This document shows positions 23,055-37,800 of a DNA stretch of 64,000 nt, in pieces (within the stretch, counting starts at the first letter, position 1; every line of letters starts with the position of its first letter). The position numbers were made by a program, and so were the translations under genes. Where the stretch lies: NCBI GenBank assembly GCA_040954595.2, contig CM082592.2, positions 8,667,677 through 8,731,676 of the forward strand, given 5' to 3'. This DNA comes from Balanoglossus misakiensis (lineage: Eukaryota > Animalia > Hemichordata). The notes beneath the pieces were generated by a model. The model searched no databases. It saw nothing but the letters and a program-made list of their open reading frames with translations, and was not told the DNA's origin.

Positions 23055-24481
23055 CGCCGAATGGATGAGGCGCTTAAAAGAAAGTGAAAATTGTGTTATA
23101 TTACACACATTGGATGAGGTTGGTGTGTTTTTTTTTGGGGGGGGGCGTAGGATATCCGTGTGCGCCATATGACAGCATGCTGAACACCAGCCCCTTGAGG
23201 ATTAACGATTCGGCATATAAATCAAGGATTTCATTTTTTTAGAGTTTTAGCCATGATTCCATTTTACAGGTTTTTTTGTTATATCACAGTGCTTTATTTT
23301 AAAATTTTACTCCACATTTAGTGTATATAGTGTAAATGTTATTGTCCGACACTGCATATAGTAAGGATGGCCGCTTCAACGGAAGATCGGGTTGGAATGA
23401 AAGCTTAAAATATTATATTGTGATATCAATAATAATCCACGAGGTCGGATGTGCCCAGTTTCCCGGCCATCCCCTCTAAACACCAGTCAAATGAATTCTG
23501 ACCCGGTGTAAATTAACAACACGGCGCTGTATAGTCGATTCTCGCTAAAATAAACAACAACATTATTTCCAAGAGATGGAAACAAATAAGAAAGATGCCT
23601 TACCCGTTTAATTTTGCTGATTACATACAACACAGTGTACACCCGTATCATTCCAATCCGCCAGTGTTCGGGGGTCAGTGACGCACTGGCAGCAACAGAT
23701 GCGTGTTTGATCGGCAAGAGAGGCAAAATTTATTGTTCAACGGATTCGTAAAATTTCATGAAAATAACATTTGTGAAAGTGAGTTTTCTAGAAATTCTCA
23801 ATTTAACTTCCTATGGGAAGAGACAAATGCGTTTACAAATTTACGTTCTGCGCGCACATACTAAAGTTTCATAGTACTTGTGAGTATACTTTGGGAATTT
23901 TCCCTGTCCTTTCGTTGTCAAGAGAGAAAAAAAAAATACGTTTTGTGTTTTGTTTCTATTCTATTGCACTATATGTAGATACTCAGTGTCGTGAATTTAT
24001 AATATTATTATTTGTTTTAATTCGCACGCTGCATTTGCCCACCAACTGAGGTCCGAGGAACAATATAATTTTTCTTCCTGGCCTGGTGTGAACTGTGTCT
24101 CGCATTAGAGGTATAAAAAATATTAGGTTGCCATGGCAGCGCGCGTCAGAGTATTCACAAGGACGGGGTGATGTTGCATATCGGGTGTTGAATGGCAAAA
24201 GTGGGTCAGGACTTGATAATATTTCGCAAAACCGAGAGACGTGATGTGCAGACTCTAAGAAATATTTGACTGGTTTTGCACCCAAAACTCCCATTGTGTG
24301 CACAATTTATTCATGTTCCCCCAAAATTTTAACACACACGCTTAAACCAAAGGAGCGGCCTTACCGGCGGCAGTTCAGTGCCGAGGCCTTTTAAGCTTGT
24401 GAACAGCTGTGATTTGCAATGCGTTATACCGTTTTAACCGTTCGCGGCGGATCAGCTTGAAATGGGGCGCATGCTTAGAGT

Positions 24482-24569
24482 TTAAACCCTTTCACCACCA
24501 TGGTTCAGTCCATTGTTTTCTATGGTAAGGTTGGACCTCTATAGAGGGAACTGGGGATGAAACGGTTAA
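24482..24569 (+). mobile_element. ~90-bp MITE-like element, copy 1 (TTAA-flanked, CCCTTTCA...TGAAA(C/G)GG ends)
   Basis: Terminal inverted repeats; internal sequence shared with copies at 31646, 38672 and 39458. Confidence 0.65.
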
Positions 24570-27500
24570 ATAGCGTTAAAGGGGTGGTGAATTGACTCGG
24601 AGAGTAAGTGAGAAGTTAAATTGAGTCTCCGAGCCTTGCTGTATAGTTAGTATAGCCTGGTTCACTGCCCTGTCCGACTTGGATAAGCAAAGAAAATCCA
24701 AACATCTAGTTTCACCGATATTCTTTGCGTTGAATTTAAAACGTGTAATATATTTGTAGAATAGTAGTTAAATATTTTTTCTTTCCAACAAAGCAACCGA
24801 ACGCAAACAGCGCTGTCGGGCGATCGATGTCGGGAGGACCAAAACGCATGCGCAATCACCAATATAACGTACATGTACAATTCAATTCAAGCAGTAGATT
24901 ATATACAGCATTGGTAATACAGCCTCGGATGCAGTAAACAACAGACTCAGTTAGAGGAAATTGCGGTGGAAGCAAACGGAGAACTGTAGATGAAATGTGA
25001 GTGTAAGTATTTCCACCGATTAGTTTGTTTCGTCGGGTGAGGAGCACACACGAAGTGCAATGGAAGAAAAAACGCCGCTTGCCTCGACGCATATCTGTAA
25101 TATATCTGGTATTGCTCTAGTAGACAATATGAAAGAATGCTTAAGGATATTTCAAAGAAAATTCGGCCTGGTTGTTTAGTCTCACGTCTAGATTGTATGA
25201 AATGCGAGATTTTCACGGCTCGCTTTAAAAAAATTGCCGTTTTGGTGACATCCCTTTCCTTTGTGGTTCTGTCTGTCATTCAATGAATATTACTTGGGCA
25301 GCCGGTCATACCTTTGGAGGCCTATATGACGTCATCACCATAAACACTTAACGCCGACCCGAGTACATCTTCCGTAATGGCGTCGGCTGGTAGCGATTCT
25401 CCCACTGAATTTATTTCAGATGTGGGTTGTAATTTCTGCTTTTGATGAATATCGGGTCTATTTCTAATTAATCTTTTACTGCCGTATATAGGCTGAATTT
25501 CAATACACTGAGTCACACTCATCGCCACAATTTGGCACAAATTGTCCTGTTATTCATTCGGATGTATATTACGTGTTCTCGGAAGAAGCTTTTATTTTTT
25601 TACGGCTTCCCTTCATTTTGAGTGGATATTGTGTGCAGCATTTCATGTAAAATTACACATGTCACGTGTCGGCGGATAAAATAGGAACTGAACAAAAGAC
25701 GCGATTTGGTCAGTCCTGTTTTTAGCATAAGCCCGGTCATTCGACGGATTAATTAATTCAATCATGATACTATGCATTAGCGCCGTCATCCATGCAATAC
25801 CATGCAGTTTCGTCACGCAATGCAAAACTTGTTTCGTTCACTTCCCCAATAAATATGGATATTATTCCTCCACGTCGACTTTCTGCACGTTGTACGTATT
25901 TTTTGTAAGGAACCGTCAACGGTTGGCTAGGCATGTCGTAAAAAGACTATTTTAGATCGATTTTCACAATCCAATTTTATTCGCAAACTATACAAACTCT
26001 CTCTCTCTCTCCCACTCACTGGCCAGTTTGGTTTCCAGTGATTCACGAAACAACGTTGTAGAGATTATACCGCATATCGTTTCTCCAGCTACCCTTACTT
26101 TATATGGGATATATATAGGGCCTCACAGAGATGTCAACGACATGACATAATATGTACTAGCAGTAGCATGTATGTTGATTATAAAGCGTGACCATTTAGA
26201 CTTCTGTATAGTTCACTTTATCGCATTATTCGAGACACAATCCAATTACCCATAATTGCGCGCGTCTCAGGATATCGCCGCGGCAACATTCACGTAAATT
26301 GGAGGAAGCGTAGAACTACACTGTGAATCGACGGCATTTAGAGAAATTATGCCAACACCGAAAGACAGTTGGAATTTCCGCCATCTTTGCTAATCGATAG
26401 AAAAGTCCGAGTGCCATTGTTCCCTGCCTTGCATAATCTGTGGAAGATTCATTATAGGTCACTTTAAAGACCACAGATGCGTTATTAAAGAATAATATAG
26501 TAACAATGGTCTCAAAGATATTATACTCATGCATTTTAATTCCATTTCGTTTGTTTCGAATTCACCTACTTGTTTTATTTATAGCAACAATCGTATATCG
26601 TAGCTATTGGTTACATTACCATGAATTCGAAATTGGCCTAAGCAACATTAAAACTGGCGCAGTTTTCAGCATTTCGATTGCTTCGGATTCCAGACAAATA
26701 TCCTCTCCGACAATAAAGCTGGGTTCTGAGTAGTCAAATTAGACGTAATTGTGCCGTGAATGAGAGGCTGCAGCCATGGAAACCACACGTTTACGAAATT
26801 TGACTATATTTGGATGATCCCTGTAATGCGTTTTCGTCAGTCGCGGAATGGTCAGTGATTACACGGAACGAGGCGGTCCAATTTCAACCAAGCGAAGTTT
26901 CATCAATAAATTCGCGTCGCGACGTACTGAAGTATTTGAAGACAAATGTTGGGCCCCAGGGACAGATTTTCAGTAGAATGACAGTCCTCAAAACCGTATA
27001 TACTCTTTGTTATATTAAAAGATGCCAATCTTTTTGAAGAATGCATATGAAGAAGGGAGCGTGCGCCCTCGATTCAAGCGACAAATTTTCCTGTCTACAG
27101 GGCACATGTGCAAGTATAAACCTTAGTTTTTGGGGTACAGCTGTTTAATAATCTGGAGAACGAACAATCCCACCCCTTTTCACATTTAAAACAAAAACTG
27201 AATGTCCGATTTGTTTTTCAGGTTTTCTGTTCTAATGTGGAATATTTAGAAGCAAATGTCAGGCGTTATGGACACGACGGTTGCTATCCACGATGTTTCG
27301 TCGTCGACACAGCAACCGTAAGCTTCAAGTTTATTTTGTCTCCCGCTTGAATGGTCACTTTTGTCATAGGATAAGAAAAAGTACACCGTTTTATTATTTT
27401 CACGGCCCGAGAAGTTGAACAGAAAATCACTGTCGATTTTTAAAACAGCGCCATCTGTCGTTGAATGCGTAAGTACAGTAGTAAGGTCATGTATGCAAAT

Positions 27501-27608
27501 CTCAGTATCGGAATATACAGATAGGAAACAACTACAGTGAGAGCGTATATCCCACAAAACTGGCGTATATCGTGAGTGGTTTGTATTTTGCATGTATTCT
27601 CACGCAAC

Positions 27609-30600
27609 ATGGATGCCCTTATTTCCAGATTTGTCAAATTTAGGCGGTTTCGAGACGAGGAGGACAGCAACTATGAACACCTAGGCGGGGAGGACCAAGT
27701 CGAAATATCGAAGGGTGCGTCTGGTGATGATCCTTCGCCTCCGACACTTGACAGTGATGAGCTCCGGAGGAGGGCCGTTGAATCTCTCGATGAAGGTAGG
27801 TTTGGAATTTTGACCGCTTAATATTGTATGACAGGTTTCAGCTTGCTACTTGTTGCTCCCGATGGGCGATGCTGTAATATCGGGGCATCAACTGCAGCTG
27901 TCGGGACTGACCGGCCAGTGATGGGGCGGGGAGCCAGAGACGACGGTCATCGAGGTCATCGGCCGGGTGTACGTACGTATGTGTGGACGATTGTTAAATC
28001 CCAAGGTCACTGCAATCGGACTTTCACCAATATGGCGGAGGTGAACGAATATGTTGACCACTGAGATAGACTCGAACATTGGCATTCATGGGTGAGGTTG
28101 CTGAGTCCGCATCCCGACCACGCCCCCCTTCTTGGTAGAGGCGAGGCTAGGGATACGGACCCCCAGCAAGGTTGAGGTAGCTTGTGAGTTTCATATTTTT
28201 AATCTTTGAAAGATCGAAATTAATCTGATCTCATTTGTTAATAATATCGGTGATTTCTTGCAGGTACTAAATTATTAAAATAAGTGTTATTTATAATCCA
28301 CCCACACATGGCACACAAATCATAAATTAGCCTGTCAGTAACTGATGATTGTAGGTTGTGTTTGATACGTTTTTGCTAGATTTTGTCACTTGTTTGAAAA
28401 CAGACATGATCAGTGTTTGTTTCTAGATGATTGTCAGCTAAATACTAAAATCTGTGTGAATTTCTAATCAAAGGGTTTGCAAACAGTATGATGTATACCC
28501 CATGTCATTTTGTTGACTTAATTAGTTAATATGTGTTTTACATGTATGTAAAATTAAACAATGACAGTGCTATTATCAAGAACACAAACAACAACAACAA
28601 CAACAACACCAATAATGATAGTTAATATAATTTTCCATTGGTTGATCACCAGATTCCTTCACTGTTGAAGATGCTGTGGAGGCCATCGGGTTTGGAAGGT
28701 TTCAAATCAAGCTTTCCATTATTGCAGGACTATGTTGGGTAAGACTTTCATAAATGGGCCACTTCCATCATGTTAATAATTAGACTGAATAACTAACATC
28801 TCTCGTGAAATAAAAATAACCATGAAACAATGATTAATCTGGGGATTTAAATGACCCTACAAGTCTTGTATCAAATTGTAACAGCTGTTTCCACATTATA
28901 TTGAACTCTTGCTGCATGGATTGTTATTGTATCACTATCTAATTATGAAATGCTGTCATGTCTTTTACTGGTGAAATTCATAATTTTTGACCTTTGCGTG
29001 TATAGTACTTGCAATATTTTGATTCTGCCATTTTTAAATTTATTCCAAGGTCTTTTAATGTTCTCTGATCGCAAGTGCAGATTTGATCTCAATATTATAG
29101 TCTACCAAAAGCAAGACAATTCATTTTCTAATATTGAAAGAGATGGCGCTAGTATGACATGACAACATGCAAATTTATTGACATGTTGCCCCCCCCCCCC
29201 CCCCCGCCCCAGCAATTTGTCAAGGGGGGGGGGGCAATGCCCCTTAAAATGATGTCATTCACATGAAACATAAGGGGGAAAATGAAACAATTACAAAAAT
29301 ACATCGCACTCATTATGAAGTATAACGTTATTGTTTTTTTCCATTCAGATGGCAGATGCCATGGAAATGATGATTCTGAGTATCCTGTCACCAGAACTTC
29401 ACTGCCAGTGGAAGTTGCAATCCTGGCAAGAGGCCCTGATAACCACAGTTGTCTTCATTGGCATGTTCATGAGTTCGACGCTGTGGGGGACAATCTGTGA
29501 CAGATATGGACGAAGGCTGGTATGTGTAACTTGTATGACAAATCTCTATTCCAGCATCAAAGTGTACCAATAATGTACGAGTTTTCAACCCCATACATTA
29601 ATACTAATAGAAAAAATAATTAGCTCTGCTGTCGGGAACATGGAATTTATGAGATAGTCTGATTCGGTAATGTAGACATGGTCAAAGTACTATATTGTCA
29701 CAGTGGGGGAAAAAGCACAATTTGAACTGAAACTGTTATCCAAAATGTTAAACGTTATGTCAGATTGTGTCAATAATAATATATCATCAAATTATCATAA
29801 TGGAGTGAAGGGTTCAGACAGTGGCGAAGGTTGTAATGTGTAAATAAATTAAATGCTCTTTTGTATGACACCTTTTATTAAATGCCAACTGATTCTATTT
29901 TGTACGAATTTTTATCAGGATTATGACAGATGGAGCCATATTAAAACGTTTCCTCCAGAGCTATTTTCAAATTTTGCCCTTCACTCAGCATATTAAAATT
30001 AAGTTACGATTTCACACAGACTGGCTAGAACATGCAGATGATTGTATCTAAAATGAACCACCATGTAAATGGTATTGCGGGTTTTAAATGCTTCCAGCTG
30101 ACGCATGGAACATATGCTACCGGGCAAAGTGAGACAACAAGAGCCTTCCATTGTCGACGTTATTTTGACTCCTTGCTGAAAATGGGCTGATCTCTACGGA
30201 TGTGTTTTATTCACAGAGGCTGTAGCTTTGTCCAGGAACACAGCCAAAGTCACAAGCTTTTTATTATCCATTATTCTGGATTTTTTTTGCTACATAACTC
30301 TTAGTACCGTCTGCTTTACCCCGGCTGCTGTTTGAAGCTTGTGGCAGCAAAATCAGTTGTGCAGACAATCAATCATCACTGTTTAGTGTTGGTGAAATTT
30401 TAATTTATAGTGTTTAAAAATAATATTGACATGTTGAGATGTAATATACTACTAGTAGAAACATACACTTTCATATCACGAAAGTCACAACATTCACACC
30501 CTATAATTTCCATGTAATCCATACTGGATTATCCTAACTTTCCTGCATCTCATCCCATTCCAGGGTCTCATCATGTGTTCCGTCTGGTTGTTCTACTATG

Positions 30601-33600
30601 GCATCCTCACCGCCTTTGCGCCATCCCTTATCTGGCTTCTCATCCTTCGAGGTCTGGTTGGCTTTGGCATTGGTGGGGTGCCCCAGTCGTAAGTAGCCAA
30701 CCAACATTCTCATATCTTGCGCCAATTTTCTCTTGTTTAGACACTGGAGAGGGGACACCCAATGGATGGTATATGTTCCCAGCGATCACGGCATTTCATA
30801 TAGCCATCATTCACTTATTCATTTTTAAAATACCAATGAAATTATGGAACTACTAAAACTACTATTGCCTTCTATTTTCAGGGTGACTCTGTACTCCGAA
30901 TTTCTACCGTCCTCAGCAAGGGCTAGGTGTGTTGTATTTATTGAGGTAAGTGTGCGTAACTCATGATATGACAGTATATCAAGAAAACACTTATTTTGAT
31001 AAATTGTGCAAAAAATTAAAGAAGTAAACGATAGAGAAATCTCTTGTGCCAATTTTCAGATTTTCAGAGCACAGTGCAAATTCTGTAGTCTGATGACATC
31101 ATTTTGAAATGTTTTGTCTTTCAATCACAGGTATTCTGGGCACTCGGGGCATGTTTTGAAGTGGCTTTAGCATTGGTTGTCATGCCGACACTGGGATGGC
31201 GGTGGTTGCTCATATTCTCGGCTCTGCCAGTTCTCATATTTGCTGTTTCGTGCAAGGTAATTTTAGTGGCATCGACTTTCTAACAATAGACTTCTGTCCC
31301 CTGTTGTGGACTATCATAGAAAGCAGCTTGTTAGTTGCAGGTACTACTTTTGTATTATTTTTAAAAAGGAACGAATGTTTGCCAGTGTGAGTGGGCCTTT
31401 GCTGGGATTATGATTTGACTTGATTTGATTTGATTTGATTTGATTTCATGATCACAGTGGATGCCAGAGAGTGCCAGATACCATGTTATATGTGGCCACC
31501 AAGAAAAGGCTCACGAGATTCTGAAGAGGATAGCGTTGGAAAATAATAGACCCATGCCTCTGGGTAAACTCGTAGTCAAGGACGTCAAGGTACGTGTGTT
31601 AATTGATAGTGATGCTGTACCCAGGAAGACAGAACTTGAATATCATCAACCCTTTCATCCCCAGTTCTCTCTATAGAGGGTCCAAGTTTACCTTAGAAAA
31701 CAATGGATTTGGACTGAACCATGGTGGTGAAAGGGGTTAAAGACTTTAACCTGCAAAACTGAGTGAAATTTCCAGGGCTAACAATCCTGATATGTTTGAC
31801 AACTGCAATTTGACAAAAAGTCACCGTTTGTGTAATGCGGTAGATTTTCATTTATGACGAATCATGAATATCGTAACTTGTGTTTTTCAGGAAAAAAGGG
31901 GAAAGTTTAGCGATCTATTTACACCAGAGTTGAGGGTGACAAGTGTTATACTAATGTTTATATGGTAAGTGAATAAAAAGCAAACTGAATGTGTTGGCAG
32001 CGTAGATAAAAAAAAATATTGTGTTTTATATATTCTGATTTGTGTACTCTCCATTAATATTTTCAGATTTTTTTTTCATTTCAAATTGGAAATCATGTCT
32101 GTGCTTGTTGGTTTGTTTTTTACCAGGTTTGCAAATGCATTTTCGTACTATGGGTTGGTTTTAATGACTACAGAACTGTTCCAGGCTGGGGGTTCATGCC
32201 AAGGTGAGAATCTGTCCAACAGGAAATGACTTGAAATCATATCACCCCTGTTTCTGAGTGTACAGATCCAAACTGCCAGTTAAAAAGAGTGGTTTTGGAC
32301 CATAGTATTATGATTAAGGGGGCCGAATGGTGATTTTTTGGTGGTCTTTGTCATCAACAGAGATCGCTGGCGGATCAGGTACAGGAATGTGTTACACAGA
32401 TTGTCGAGGGCTGAATACAAAAGACTACACAGATCTCCTGTGGACATCTATAGCAGAGTTTCCAGGTAATGTTTTGGTGTCTTATTGCAGCTGTAAGCTA
32501 GCCTGATGAAATACACCAGAGGTACATGCAGTCACTTGTGGTTTAATATTTGCCTGTGGTGTCTGCACATGTTTAGAATTGTTTGAAGCAATAACCGATG
32601 ACATGTCCAGACAAGGCAATTCATTTCCCTCAGGCTATTTGCAGTTGAAATGACATGTCACAAACAGGGAAATTACAGTTGAGTTGAACGCAAATAGCAC
32701 ACTGAACATGTTCATAGAAATCCTTTCCATGAGTGCTGAACATTGATTTAGAGGAAATGTTCTTAATCACGAAGCTTTCTACAAAATTGATATTGTGTTC
32801 GAGTGTTTGCTGTTCTCTTCAATTATGTCATTATCTTCCCATTTTAGGTTTGGTGGTGACATTTTTGATCATCGAGAGGCTGGGTCGCAAGAAAACCATG
32901 GCAATAGAATTTCTAATCTTCGCAATATTTACATTTTTAGTCGCAATATGCACAACAAGGTAAGGGGAGATGTTGCGTGACCATTGTTGTTTGAAATATT
33001 GTGGTGGTGTTTTGTATTAAATGTGTGTTTTGTGTGTGTGTGTGTGTGATGAGATGTTATGAAGTTGTTTACCGATAATAGAAATGTATCCTCTAATATC
33101 GTACTTGTATGCGTTGTATTTTTCAGGACTGTTCTGACAATATTTCTGTTCATAGCCAGGGCTTTTATCTCTGGCGCATTCCAAGCAGCCTATGTCTACA
33201 CTCCAGAGGTGAGAAAGTCAGCTTTCATAAAAAACAGCACTTAGATAATGTAACTATGTTCATTAGCTCCATATTTCATACAAGTTGGTGCCGATAATCA
33301 GAGAATTCTCTTCATAAATCTCCTTCCGTGCCTTTTGTTCAGGTCTACCCAACAACTGTCAGAGCGGTCGGACTTGGCTCTTGTAGTGGCATGGCTAGGG
33401 TTGGTGCAATAATTACTCCGTTTGTAGCGCAGGTAAGTGGATCAGATCTAAACAGAAGAATGGGTCTATACGAGCTGTAGAGGGCAGCATTCACCACCCT
33501 GGAGGAGTTGCCCAAGTGCATGGTATTTTTGAGTGGTGGTATTAAAAGCTTGCATAATGAAAAGGACTGATAAGGACGATGTTTGACTATTTTAAAATTA

Positions 33601-34065
33601 TTAAAAATTACTTAAATGAAAGAGCACCAAATGCACTGGTTCGACCAAAGTTCAGTTTGAGAATATGGTCACAGAGAATTGATTTTGCTTGGACTGTTTC
33701 AGGTGATGTTGCGGATATCTCAGACGTTGGCAGTGTCTATTTATGGTTCAGTGTGTCTTGTGGCGGCCGTAGCATCTATGTTGTTACCTATCGAGACAAA
33801 AGGAAGAGCAATGCAGGTAAAATTTTGTTAATTTTATTCCTCAAGTCCAACCTTACCATATCTCTCTCATTCTATGTCGATCCCTCATAAAACTTGCACT
33901 GTGGTTGAAATCCACTGAACAATCCCGGCGAGCCAATTGATGAAAAAGTTGGGTCCATCCTGAATAAGCATGTCTCTTTTCTCTTTTCAGGAAACTAGAC
34001 ATCCCGGCCACCAAAGTGAACCGAACACTCAAGAACAATCGCAACAGTCAACCCAAAACAACTAA
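27609..34065 (+). CDS. SVOP: Synaptic vesicle 2-related protein (MFS transporter). Exons 27609-27795, 28653-28738, 29350-29519, 30564-30688, 30882-30945, 31131-31256, 31458-31589, 31891-31964, 32127-32203, 32361-32465, 32848-32959, 33127-33208, 33343-33432, 33703-33816, 33991-34065
   Basis: In-frame spliced product with [96 protein letters not shown]. Confidence 0.95.
31411..31446. repeat. (TGATT)n microsatellite at an SVOP acceptor
   Basis: Direct reading. Confidence 0.85.
31646..31740 (-). mobile_element. MITE-like element copy 2 (reverse orientation, SVOP intron)
   Basis: Reverse complement closely matches 24482-24569; ends ccctttca...tgaaaggggttaa. Confidence 0.65.
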
Positions 34066-34809
34066 AACAAAATTATGTCAAATAGCTAGAATCTGACAAC
34101 TTTTCAGGTGGTTTCTATATTTAAATTTTTTACAGATGAATTAATCTGTAGTAAACTGTAGACTGGTAGATTCATCATTTGAGACGCTTGCTGTCATTTT
34201 CTCCTCTCTGGGCGATAGAATACAAGCAACCAAGCTGCCAGTTTGACTTATAGGTTGTTAGAAAATTGTCTATCGCTGTGACATTGGCTACGTTCCATGC
34301 TCAGAAATAGAGTACAAATAAGTTTCGTTAATCATCAAGCTCTTATGCAGCCATTAAAATGCTTATTTAGTTTCTCCAGTACTGTAGATAAGGTTTTCCT
34401 CGTTCTATATATCATTGTAAAATATTCATAGCAGATATTGTGTATATGTACAATAGCTGAAATTGTGTACAGTGGAAATATAAAGTTTGTATTGTATTAA
34501 AAGTACTAGTATGTAATTATGAAAATGGTGTAATATTGTTCTGTAACTCATGTTAATATACATTCCATATAAAGTCATTAAAGCAAAAGATTTGTTTTCA
34601 TGCAGTGTGTATATGGTCGTTATGTTGTATATAATTTATGCATGTTTGCATACAGCGCAACCAGCCGTAGTCTCGGTTACCCAGACGCCTTTGCTCTGCC
34701 GATGCTCTCCTTTTTCTGGAATTTTTCAGAATATTTGGACACAAGAGGGCGTTTTGGGCGCCATGTTTGAAAAACACTGAGGTCAGTCTGGGTCACAAAT
34801 GATGTCGAT

Positions 34810-37800
34810 ATGGCTTCGGCCAGTGTTGATGAAAACTCTGCTGATGAGCAAGATCAACGTTCAATTTCCCGGCAGACGCTGCACAACTTCAAAGAAACTG
34901 TGAGGCGACTTCAGGCAGTTGGAAATAAGATTGAAGCCACCGATCTCCTGGTAATATGTGCAAATCTTCGTGTAGACTGATCATTGTGTAATGTACGTAA
35001 AGATTGTTGTAAACAAACAATGTGTTAACATATGTAGTCATGCTAAAGGAGACTGTAATCATCACCATGCTAAAAGTAAACAGTGTCAATTTGGGTTAAT
35101 TTTCTGTCAGGTCGTAGCTGTGGAGAGATACCAGGTAGACGGCAACTTCTACGCCGAGACCGGCCAGACAGACGATGGTCAGAGCCATCACAGCTATGAC
35201 GTCACACTCACAGATGGCACACATCTCATCAAGTGTATCCTTGCAGCAAAACTGAACACTTGCGTCCAACAGAATAAGGTACAGAAATGATACGTTTGCG
35301 GGTGCATCACTCGATCTGCAAAAGCTGTTAAATTATGTGGATATGTGATGCTATGACACGGATATTCATATACATGTACTACCAGTAGTACCTAGATTTT
35401 CACATTTAAATTGTGGATAATATTGCAGACAGTGTTAACAGGTTTGCACATTTTTATTATAGGTGTATGCAGGTTGCGTGGTGAGACTGTTGGATTGTAA
35501 GGTGCATTACAATGAATCAAGTCTGAAAGCAGAGAGTTATCTGATTATAGAAGATCTATATTGCCTTCAAATCAATGCACCAGCTTTACAAATTGGTGAG
35601 TACATTTACTACTTGTTTCTGTCTGTCTGTCTATCTGTCTGTCTGTCAAAGAATTCAATATGGAGAATTCTTTTCCCCACAACAAATTTACGTAAAGTTT
35701 GCATCCTACAAAATTTACATCTCATCTCCAGAAAACTTATCCTTCTGGCCTGGTGCCACTGAGCATGAAAAAAACAACCGACCTCTTGCAGCTAGTAGGG
35801 AATCTTACCTTCCGTTGTGGAATGATGATGATCCGTATGGAGGACAGTGGGAGAACGAAGGTAAGGAGTGAAATGGAAAAGATATATTGTTCCATTTTTG
35901 AAACTCCAGAAAAATTAAACTTGGTAATGGAAGGAAGTCGAAAATTCAACAGTTCAGTTTTCATGGAGGGGGTGTATAAAAATATTTGTTTTCTTTTCTT
36001 CAGTCACGTCGAGTAAACTTCCAAGAAGAGCCATCCCCGCAATCAAAGACATTGCCGGAGTTGTTGAGAGATGGTCATATCGTCGCCTGCAGAAGCCCTA
36101 TCCTCCACTGATTGGGAAAATAGTCAGCAAAGCCAGGCTATACTACTATGGAAAATCGACAAGGCCGAGGGAGAAATGGCCATACCAGGTAAATGAGTAC
36201 ATTGTATTTAAAGTAACAAATATTTTATGGGATATGAACTCAGAATATATGCCAAACTTTCCATATAGTAAATGACACTAAAGCAAGCATATAGGATAGG
36301 GTAAATCATTTATATAGCGCCTAGCATCCATCAGCAATATTCTCTGCCACTTTACAAATGATTCAATGTATGATTGTCCTTCCTGAGCCGTCTTTAGATA
36401 CACCTAGAGATTGCAGACAGTTCTGGGTGTGTGTCAGCTATACTCTGGACAAGGTTGGCGCCAAAGTACTGTAATAGGTGAGTATGCCTGCCTGAAGTCT
36501 AGCTCTTCCTCCTTTGGCTTCCACTGCTAACTTGTAGGGAGGTGACAGACAGATAGGGAGAGAGACTGTGGGTAAAAACACACTGAATAACTACAGCACA
36601 CCCCGTCTTCTCCCAGTTTACATGTAGGTAATGTTCTGCTCCTGGAGAATTACGAGCTCAAACGTCGATACGGTCAGCACACCAAACCGGCGCTGCACAA
36701 CCCGGAGCTGAGATTTCTAGACGCCGAGCTGAGTTTGAATTCCAGTCATCCGACCGCTGAAATTCTCATCGTCAACCCTTCCTCAATTCCCAAAAATATC
36801 AAACTTCCGGACGTCAAACACCAATTCCTCACCAGGAGACAGTTGAGGTAACAATTGTGCAGTATCCGTTCTGATCTTGTTCAGTCATGCTATTGTAGCC
36901 TGATTTTTCGTTCTTCACTACGTAGAAAGTTGCTGGCAGCAACAAGTTAATACATTTGTGCAGTTACCATCTTTCAAACTACTCTTCCCTTTCTTATCTT
37001 CCATGCTTCAGTGGTGCACCAGACAAGTTGATATGCGATGTGTGTGGCATTGTGACATTTGTCGGCAGATGGGAAAGAACCAGAAATACAAAGAAAGGTA
37101 GGTTTTTATTATTTATACCGGTAGTAGTATTAAATATTAGTATCATTATTATGTCTGGCCAGTTTGTTTACCTTGTAGATGTTTGAATCCGAAAACAAGT
37201 TCGGTTGTCACTAACTTGTTTATTCTAATCATTTGTAGGAGCCAATAATAATTGTTTTTGGACATGGAGGTGGGTTCACATGATTGATCCTACCAGTTCT
37301 GAACCAATCATATTGCAGTTGTATAGTACAGCACAGGTATGTACAGATCTCAACACAAAGTGGGTCAACATGCAACATTTCAATGATGATGAGTTTTCAT
37401 TTTCTGATATACAATATTTGGTCATTTTCAAATTTGGGGAATGGGGGTCAAAGAGTCAAAGTTTTCCTCTCAGTCACAAAATGCATTTTCTGTCTCCGTG
37501 TAATTTCAAGCCAATCGTACATGATCAGCTGAGACCTGGAACACTACTGGTGTGCACTCAGATGAAAGTTGTCCATCAGGTCGGGATGGATTCCCGATCA
37601 AAGCAGTCCTTGTACTTGACAACGACCAATGAAAGTCAGGTAGGTGGTCTATTTGCATATCTGTCATGATGAATGGCATCGCCAACAGCCAATGAGAGCT
37701 GTGTGTACGACCGAGTGGGTGTGTACTGTAGATGAAAATGGTAATTTTTGTTTTCTAGCTCTCTTCTGTAATTTGTTCAATAGGTTAGAAATCAGATATC

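Noticed and set aside
23055-23168. 38-aa N-terminal extension of sulfotransferase paralog 2 in the ORF track
   Set aside because: Crosses a pyrimidine tract and AG acceptor plus homopolymer runs; alignment with paralog 1 supports the start at 23054
29184-29238. Poly-C/poly-G inverted pair and other G or C homopolymer runs across the window
   Set aside because: Low-complexity runs are frequent throughout; no specific function supportable
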